Below are positions 26,252-32,000 of a stretch of DNA of 32,000 nt, piece by piece. The stretch lies in assembly GCF_020885515.1 (NCBI RefSeq), contig NZ_AP024987.1, forward strand, positions 840,001 to 872,000. Reading direction: 5' to 3'. The stretch's first letter is position 1. Each line of letters begins with the position of its first letter. The notes beneath the pieces were generated by a model. The model saw only the letters and a list, made by a program, of their open reading frames with translations, had not been told where the DNA came from and did not search any database. A program made the position numbers and the translations under genes. Origin of the DNA: a cyanobacterium endosymbiont of Braarudosphaera bigelowii. Its GTDB lineage: Bacteria; Cyanobacteriota; Cyanobacteriia; Cyanobacteriales; Microcystaceae.

Positions 26252-27934
26252 GTGACTTGGCAAACAGCAAAATTACATAATTTAAATTCAGAGATTAGAA
26301 GACAAAAAAAATATGATGCTAATGAGATTGCACTATATTATAGCAGCCGTCCTTGGCAGGTAGTTAAGAGAGCAATTTCTATAGTATGGTCTTTTGGTTG
26401 GTTTTTTATTCACATTCAATGGGATAGATTTAATAACAGAAGAGATAGTAAAAAAAGACGTTCCATTGAATTAAGACAAATCCTTACTAATCTGGGTCCA
26501 ACATTTATTAAAGTAGGTCAAGCTTTATCTACTCGACCAGACTTAATTCATCCAGAATTTTTAGATGAATTAGTGAAGCTTCAAGATCAACTACCTTCTT
26601 TTGACAATAAAATAGCTTTTTCAATCATAGAAAATTCGTTAAAAATTAAGATTGATAAAGCCTATAGAGAAATTTCACCGAATCCTGTTGCAGCAGCAAG
26701 TTTAGGACAGGTGTATAGAGCTATTTTATATACAGGAGAAGAAGTAGCAGTGAAGGTTCAAAGAGCTAATCTGGAATCTGTACTAACTTGCGACCTTTTC
26801 CTAATGCGTTGGGTGGCTTCTAAATTATCTAGATTTTTACCTCTTAATTTAGAGCATGATTTGACGCTGATTGTTGATGAATTTGGAAGTAAACTTCTTG
26901 AAGAGATAGATTATATTAACGAAGGAAAAAATGCCGAAAAATTTGCATATAATTTTCAAAATGATGCTGATGTAAAAGTTCCTAAAATTTATTGGGATTT
27001 TAGTAGTGATCGAATACTGACTCTTGAATGGATTCAAGGATATAAATTAACGAATACTGAACAAATAAAAAATGCAGGTTTAGATCCATACTCTATTATA
27101 AAAATTGGAGTAATATCAGGTTTAAAACAGTTACTAGAACATGGTTTTTTTCACGCAGATCCACATCCTGGAAATTTATTTGCCACTCATGACGGTCGTA
27201 TGGCATTTATCGATTTTGGGATGATGGATCAGTTAGATAGTATTACAAAAGAAATTATTGCTAACTCAGTTGTTCAACTTATAAATCAAGATTATGATGC
27301 CCTAGCTCAAGATTTTGTTAAGCTTGGATTTTTAACTCCAGATACAGATATTAAACCAATAATACCTGCACTTGAGAAAATTTTAGGTAATGCTATTACA
27401 AAAAATGTTAACGATTTTAATTTTAAAACAATTACTGATGATTTTTCAAAATTAGTTCATAAATACCCTTTTCGTCTTCCAGCTAAGTTTGCTCTTATAA
27501 TTAGATCGTTAATTACGCAAGAAGGATTAGCTTTAAGCCTAGATCCAAGTTTTAAACTTGTTGAGATTGCTTACCCATATATAGCTAAGCAGCTTTTAAC
27601 AGGGGAAACTTCTCAATTAAGACGTAGACTGTCAGAAATTTTAATAAAAGATAATAAATTTCAATGGAGCAGGTTAGAAAATATGCTTACTATAGCTTCT
27701 TCTGAGGAGAGTTTTAACTTATTACCAACTGCACAATTAAGTTTACAATATTTATTTTCAGACGAAGGACAATATTTAAGACATAAATTATTGTTAGCTT
27801 TAACAGAAAATGATAAATTACACATTGAAGAAATTCAAAAAATTTGGAAGGTTATAAGTAATGAACTACATCCACAACAATTATTAACAATTTTGATTAA
27901 TATATTACAAAAAACTATAACAGTGAAAATATAA
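26252..27934 (+). CDS. ABC1/UbiB-family atypical protein kinase
   Basis: 560 aa with a GTG start. Motifs: KVGQALSTRPD, AAASLGQVY, VAVKVQR, HADPHPGNL, IDFGMM. Confidence 0.9.
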   Translation: MTWQTAKLHNLNSEIRRQKKYDANEIALYYSSRPWQVVKRAISIVWSFGWFFIHIQWDRFNNRRDSKKRRSIELRQILTNLGPTFIKVGQALSTRPDLIHPEFLDELVKLQDQLPSFDNKIAFSIIENSLKIKIDKAYREISPNPVAAASLGQVYRAILYTGEEVAVKVQRANLESVLTCDLFLMRWVASKLSRFLPLNLEHDLTLIVDEFGSKLLEEIDYINEGKNAEKFAYNFQNDADVKVPKIYWDFSSDRILTLEWIQGYKLTNTEQIKNAGLDPYSIIKIGVISGLKQLLEHGFFHADPHPGNLFATHDGRMAFIDFGMMDQLDSITKEIIANSVVQLINQDYDALAQDFVKLGFLTPDTDIKPIIPALEKILGNAITKNVNDFNFKTITDDFSKLVHKYPFRLPAKFALIIRSLITQEGLALSLDPSFKLVEIAYPYIAKQLLTGETSQLRRRLSEILIKDNKFQWSRLENMLTIASSEESFNLLPTAQLSLQYLFSDEGQYLRHKLLLALTENDKLHIEEIQKIWKVISNELHPQQLLTILINILQKTITVKI

Positions 27935-27961
27935 TCCATTTCACGAAGCATATTTTCACTG
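27921..27961 (+). terminator. Hairpin overlapping the ABC1-kinase stop codon: 12-bp perfect stem, 17-nt loop
   Basis: cagtgaaaatat (27921-27932) pairs with atattttcactg (27950-27961). A T7 run follows about 15 nt later. Confidence 0.5.
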
Positions 27962-28282
27962 GCTAAATCTATACTTTTTTTAAACAGTAAAAATATTAGT
28001 TATAGTATGCTTAAATTACTAATATAGATTATAGATTTCTATTATCTTTTCCCTTAAATCACTGTTAAAAGGTTTATTGGTCAAAGATATTTTATGTAAA
28101 ACTATATTTAGTATTAGTAAGAAATTAAATACTTATAATTAATATATCTATAGTTAATAAATATATTAGTTCCTTCTAAAGTGGTATTGTTGAAAATACT
28201 ACAAATGAAAATCTTGCTAAAATGCTATATGGAACTAATTTTAGAATATTTAACCTAGCTCTATAGCTGGAGAGAATCAATA

Positions 28283-28447
28283 ATGAATAAAAGTAAAATA
28301 TTAGCTATTGTTACTGGATTAATTTCTATCTTATTAGCGACAGTCTACCTTATTATTGTCCAATTGCTAGATTTTCGAGGAGAAATGATTCCAGCTCCAA
28401 TAATTGAAACTATTTTAGTCTTTCTAAACTCACAAAATTATTGTTAA
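28283..28447 (+). CDS. Unlisted 54-aa single-pass membrane protein (hypothetical)
   Basis: ATG at 28283 is preceded by GGAGAG 8 nt upstream. Translation: MNKSKILAIVTGLISILLATVYLIIVQLLDFRGEMIPAPIIETILVFLNSQNYC. It ends 34 nt before the sbcC start. It is below the size cutoff of the supplied ORF track. Confidence 0.55.
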   Translation: MNKSKILAIVTGLISILLATVYLIIVQLLDFRGEMIPAPIIETILVFLNSQNYC

Positions 28448-28481
28448 TAAAAAATAAATCTTTGATCATTAGGCAAATATA

Positions 28482-31400
28482 GTGATTCCTTTACAATTAA
28501 CACTTAAAAATTTTTTAAGTTATCAAGATGTAACTCTTGATTTTCGAGGGTTGCATACTGTTTGTATCTGTGGAACTAATGGAGCTGGTAAAACTTCTTT
28601 GTTAGAAGCAATAGCTTGGACCATCTGGGGACAAAGTAGGACAAGTAGTGATGAAGACATTATTCATGTAAGTAAAGACTATGTAAGAACCGATTTCATG
28701 TTTATTTGTTATCAACAAGTCTATCGTATTATCCGTAGTCGTCAACGAAATCGTTCTAATTCTTTAGATTTTCAAATAAAAAGCTCTAAAGGATTCATTC
28801 CCTTAAGTATAAAAGGAATAAAAGCAACCCAAGAAATTATTACTTCTACTTTAAAATTGGATTATGAGACTTTTATTAACTCAGCTTATTTGAGACAAGG
28901 AAGAGCAGATGAGTTTATGCTTCATCGTCCTACAGAAAGAAAAAAAGTTCTTGCAGACTTATTAAAACTTGATCATTACGAAAATTTATCTATTAAAGCT
29001 AGAGAAATAGCACGACAATACAAAGGGAAAGCTGAACAAATAAAATTAAACCTTGAAGCAAATAGAAGGAAATTAATTAAAGAAAAAGGCATTAAAATCC
29101 GACAACAAGTTATTCAAGAAGATATTAAAGTATTAAAAATTTTACAAAATAAAAACGAACAAGTACTTCAAATCATCAAACAAGAAGATAGTAGTCGTGA
29201 AAGCCGGTTAGAAAAATTACTGTGGAATAGAGAACGTCTTCAGAACTTAAGACAAGAAACATTTAAATTAGAGCAAGAAAAAAGAGAGCTCGGTCAAAAA
29301 AGCTGTAATTATGGAAAACTAATTAATCAGGGAGAGAAAATTTCTAGAAAGTATAAAAAATTTCTTTTTTTCCGTAAACAAGAAGAAACTTTAGTTTATC
29401 AATTTAAAGAATTTCAAAAGTTAAACGAGGAAAAGCAAAAGTTAGAAAAGCATTTTTTATATAGAAATAACCAATTACAATTAAAAATTAAGTATCAACA
29501 AATTTTTTTAGAACAATTAGAGAAAGAAGACAAGGAGTTACAAAAAACAATAAACGATACTAAAGATTTGAAATTGGCTTTAAAAACACTTAATTTTTAT
29601 AGCCAAGAATTAACAAAATTAGATGAATTACAACATGAAGTTTCTCCATTAATAAAAAAAAGACAAGAATTAATAAATCAAATATTAAAAATCAAGATAG
29701 ATTTTCAGTTAAAATTAGAACAAATAAATATTTTAGAGAGTAATTATATCCAGGAATTAGTTATAATTCCTCGTAAAAGAAAGATATTATGTAATTTAAA
29801 CAATAATATTTATGATTTTGAAAATGAAAGAACTTATCATAAACAAATAAAAAATAAAATTGAGGAAAAGAAAATTGTCCAAGGTAAACTGTTAATCGAT
29901 CAACAAAATAATATAAAAGAAATAGATAAGTTGTGGCAAAAAATACGTGACTTAGATATTAATCATTCTAATTGCCCTTTGTGTGAACAAGAGTTGGATC
30001 AAGAACGTCGTTATGATGTTCTTGAAAAAATAATAAAGCAACATAAAAATATTCAAAAACAAGTACATAAATTACAAGAAAAAATTAATATACTTAAACA
30101 AAATATTAATTCGTTCATATTAAAAGATGCATCTCTAAAAAAAAAATTAGAGTACTCAGAAAAAATACAGCAAAATTTTTGTCAAATTGAAGTGCACTTA
30201 AATAAGTTAGGAGAGATGAAAGATAAACTTAAGTATATAGTAAAAGAAAAAGTAAAAATTACAAAACTGATTAAAACTGAATCTTTTGATTCAGTTTTGC
30301 AAGATAAGTTAAAGACTCTTGAAAAGAAATTAACAGAGCTCAACTATACAGAAGAAAATCATATATTAGTGAGAAACAAAGCTAATAAATGGCGTTGGGC
30401 TGAAATTAAAAACTCTAAAGTTAATGACTTACTTCATAGACAAAAACAAATTTTTGAACAAAAGTCTAATCTAATTCAACTTATTAATCAATTAGTAAAA
30501 CAAAAGGAAAAGCTAGATAATGTTTCAAGTTTAAAGAGAGAAATTAATATAATCAAAAGGAAACTAAAGGTATTAAACTATGATAAATCAATTCATGATA
30601 AGGTTTCTAGTTATATTCGTATTTCTCAAAATTGTATTGTTGATTATGAGAAACTACAAAATGCAAACAAGTCTTATTTTTCATTACAACAATATTTAAA
30701 AGTTGCAGAAGATAGATTAAAGAATAGCTATGAAAAACAAAATAGTGTTATAAAGATTGAAAACCAATTGTCTGAGAGACTAAACCTTACCAAAAACTAC
30801 AACCAGCAGATAACCAAACTCACAATAATTTTCAAAATACAAAGACAACATTTAGATAAATTGTTTGAAAAGCAAGGTAGATCTGAACAAGCAATATCCG
30901 AACTTAAGATATTGCAAAATGAAAGAAGAGATTTACAGGTATTACATAATAATATTTGTAAACAGTATCGTATATATTCAGAGTTGACTAAATCTTTTAG
31001 TAAAAATGGTATTCAACTATTAATAATTGAAAATGTCTTACCTCAATTAGAAGCAGAAACAAATAAAATTCTTACACGCTTAACCGGAAATGAGCTACGT
31101 ATTCAATTTATTACTCAAAGATTAGGAAAAGGTACTACCATTCGCAAAAAATCCGCAAAATTAATTGATACATTAGATATTCTTATTGCTGATACAGAAG
31201 GAACTCGTGTGTATGAAACATATTCAGGAGGAGAAGCTTTTAGAATAAATTTTTCTGTACGTTTAGCTTTAGCTAAACTACTAGCACAAAGAGCAGGAGC
31301 ATCATTAGAAATGTTAATAATTGATGAAGGTTTTGGTACCCAGGATGCTGAAGGCTGTGAACGTTTAATTGCAGCAATCAATAGCATAGCCTCTGATTTT

Positions 31401-31508
31401 TCTTGCATATTAATAGTGACACATATGCCCCAGTTTCAAGAAGCTTTTCAACATCGCATAGAAATTAGTAAGACTAACCAGGGCTCACAAATAAGTATAG
31501 TAAACTAG
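28482..31508 (+). CDS. sbcC: SbcC/Rad50-family DNA repair ATPase (exonuclease SbcCD subunit C)
   Basis: 1008 aa with a GTG start. Walker A GTNGAGKTS at the N-terminus. A long K/N/Q/E/I-rich coiled coil with a central CPLC zinc hook (Cys498-Cys501, nt 29973-29984). C-terminal signature YSGGEAF, Walker B LIIDEGFG and H-loop THM. Confidence 0.88.
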   Translation: MIPLQLTLKNFLSYQDVTLDFRGLHTVCICGTNGAGKTSLLEAIAWTIWGQSRTSSDEDIIHVSKDYVRTDFMFICYQQVYRIIRSRQRNRSNSLDFQIKSSKGFIPLSIKGIKATQEIITSTLKLDYETFINSAYLRQGRADEFMLHRPTERKKVLADLLKLDHYENLSIKAREIARQYKGKAEQIKLNLEANRRKLIKEKGIKIRQQVIQEDIKVLKILQNKNEQVLQIIKQEDSSRESRLEKLLWNRERLQNLRQETFKLEQEKRELGQKSCNYGKLINQGEKISRKYKKFLFFRKQEETLVYQFKEFQKLNEEKQKLEKHFLYRNNQLQLKIKYQQIFLEQLEKEDKELQKTINDTKDLKLALKTLNFYSQELTKLDELQHEVSPLIKKRQELINQILKIKIDFQLKLEQINILESNYIQELVIIPRKRKILCNLNNNIYDFENERTYHKQIKNKIEEKKIVQGKLLIDQQNNIKEIDKLWQKIRDLDINHSNCPLCEQELDQERRYDVLEKIIKQHKNIQKQVHKLQEKINILKQNINSFILKDASLKKKLEYSEKIQQNFCQIEVHLNKLGEMKDKLKYIVKEKVKITKLIKTESFDSVLQDKLKTLEKKLTELNYTEENHILVRNKANKWRWAEIKNSKVNDLLHRQKQIFEQKSNLIQLINQLVKQKEKLDNVSSLKREINIIKRKLKVLNYDKSIHDKVSSYIRISQNCIVDYEKLQNANKSYFSLQQYLKVAEDRLKNSYEKQNSVIKIENQLSERLNLTKNYNQQITKLTIIFKIQRQHLDKLFEKQGRSEQAISELKILQNERRDLQVLHNNICKQYRIYSELTKSFSKNGIQLLIIENVLPQLEAETNKILTRLTGNELRIQFITQRLGKGTTIRKKSAKLIDTLDILIADTEGTRVYETYSGGEAFRINFSVRLALAKLLAQRAGASLEMLIIDEGFGTQDAEGCERLIAAINSIASDFSCILIVTHMPQFQEAFQHRIEISKTNQGSQISIVN

Positions 31509-31689
31509 TATATGTTATATAATTTTCTATTTTTTTTATATTTAATTTGTATAAAATTGAATATATGTGTAAATAAAAACTTTATTAACTAATAAAAATT
31601 AATTACTTTGAGAGACGATACCAGTTTGTATTTATAGAATCAAAAGAAACTTTTATAAATCATGTTCTTGAGAAGAAAAGTATAGAATA

Positions 31690-32000
31690 TTAAAAGTAAT
31701 TAGAGTTTGCTTGGATATTTAAAAACTTAGTTAATTCTGCTTGAAAAAGTAGTTGAATAGTTCCTGTAGGACCATTACGATGCTTAGTTAAAATAATTTC
31801 AGTAATTCCTTTATCTATAGTGTCAGGATTATAGTATTCATCTCGATATAACATCATAATAAGATCAGCATCTTGTTCAATAGAACCGCTTTCTCTTAAG
31901 TCAGACATCATAGGACGTTTATTATTTCTAGCTTCAACTGCCCTACTTAACTGTGATAAAGCAATAACGGGAGCTTTTATTTCACGCGCTAAACCTTTTA
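31690..32000 (-). CDS. dnaB: Replicative DNA helicase DnaB, C-terminal part only (gene continues beyond the window)
   Basis: The minus-strand frame is open to nt 32000: [60 protein letters not shown]... This is the conserved RecA-like C-terminal block of DnaB. Confidence 0.9.
   Translation of the reverse strand, partial: KGLAREIKAPVIALSQLSRAVEARNNKRPMMSDLRESGSIEQDADLIMMLYRDEYYNPDTIDKGITEIILTKHRNGPTGTIQLLFQAELTKFLNIQANSNYF

Noticed and set aside
26849-27037. 62-aa ORF antisense to the ABC1 kinase gene
   Set aside because: Shadow ORF.
12223-28484. Apparent excess of GTG start codons (prs, TPR gene, btpA, ABC1 kinase, sbcC) in an AT-rich genome
   Set aside because: This is partly an artefact of longest-ORF calling (prs and the TPR gene have alternative starts). 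For btpA and sbcC the GTG-initiated N-termini match the family N-termini as I recall them, so these look genuine but not remarkable.
31115-31408. 97-aa ORF antisense to the sbcC C-terminal ATPase region
   Set aside because: Shadow ORF opposite the most conserved, GC-richer part of sbcC.
28482-31508. SbcC-like ATPase as the core of a novel SMC/ABC-ATPase defence system (Wadjet, Lamassu or Gabija-like)
   Set aside because: It has the canonical SbcC/Rad50 architecture with a central CxxC zinc hook and no neighbouring effector, nuclease or kleisin-like genes. The simplest reading is ordinary DNA repair.
1-32000. CRISPR arrays, transposases/IS elements, integrases, prophage genes, toxin-antitoxin or known defence cassettes
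   Set aside because: I found no regularly spaced direct repeats and no ORF with transposase, integrase, Cas or nuclease-toxin features. All large ORFs are accounted for by housekeeping families.
1-32000. HIP1 (GCGATCGC) highly iterated palindrome typical of many cyanobacteria
   Set aside because: I found no exact copy by eye, only unrelated gctatcgcc strings inside nrdA that encode TAIA. I record this as an absence, not a feature.
31690-32000. Intein in DnaB (common in cyanobacterial dnaB genes)
   Set aside because: The visible C-terminal 103 codons are contiguous helicase sequence. The rest of the gene is outside the window, so nothing can be said.

Overview
AT-rich (about 30% G+C by eye) cyanobacterial chromosomal segment. 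I annotate 26 protein-coding genes (two cut by the window edges) and 2 tRNAs, which makes the window roughly 79% coding. Nearly every gene is housekeeping: Fe3+ ABC permease, a stand-alone EF-G paralogue, SpoIID-domain protein, class I ribonucleotide reductase alpha, Ycf66, LpdA, Prs, NdhO, HtrA-type protease, DUF92 membrane protein, IscA/HesB, BtpA, VKOR-thioredoxin fusion, HolA, MurG, ABC1 kinase, SbcC and DnaB. I found no CRISPR array, transposase, integrase, phage gene, toxin-antitoxin pair or recognisable defence cassette. The proteins look like unicellular Cyanothece/Crocosphaera-type orthologues. They sit in an AT-shifted background with unusually long ORF-free spacers (up to 1.08 kb). 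I infer, but cannot prove, a reduced-genome lineage such as UCYN-A or a diatom spheroid body. I do not see a convincing novel multi-gene system. The best candidate is a tight three-gene minus-strand operon (13541-15106) encoding a TPR scaffold plus two tiny glycine-zipper membrane proteins of unknown function. Other points worth a second look: a series of very long perfect hairpins at gene ends (up to 33 bp arms); the 1.08 kb and 0.6 kb empty spacers; an 18 bp inverted repeat upstream of the EF-G paralogue; an unlisted 54-codon membrane ORF upstream of sbcC; and sbcC with no adjacent sbcD.
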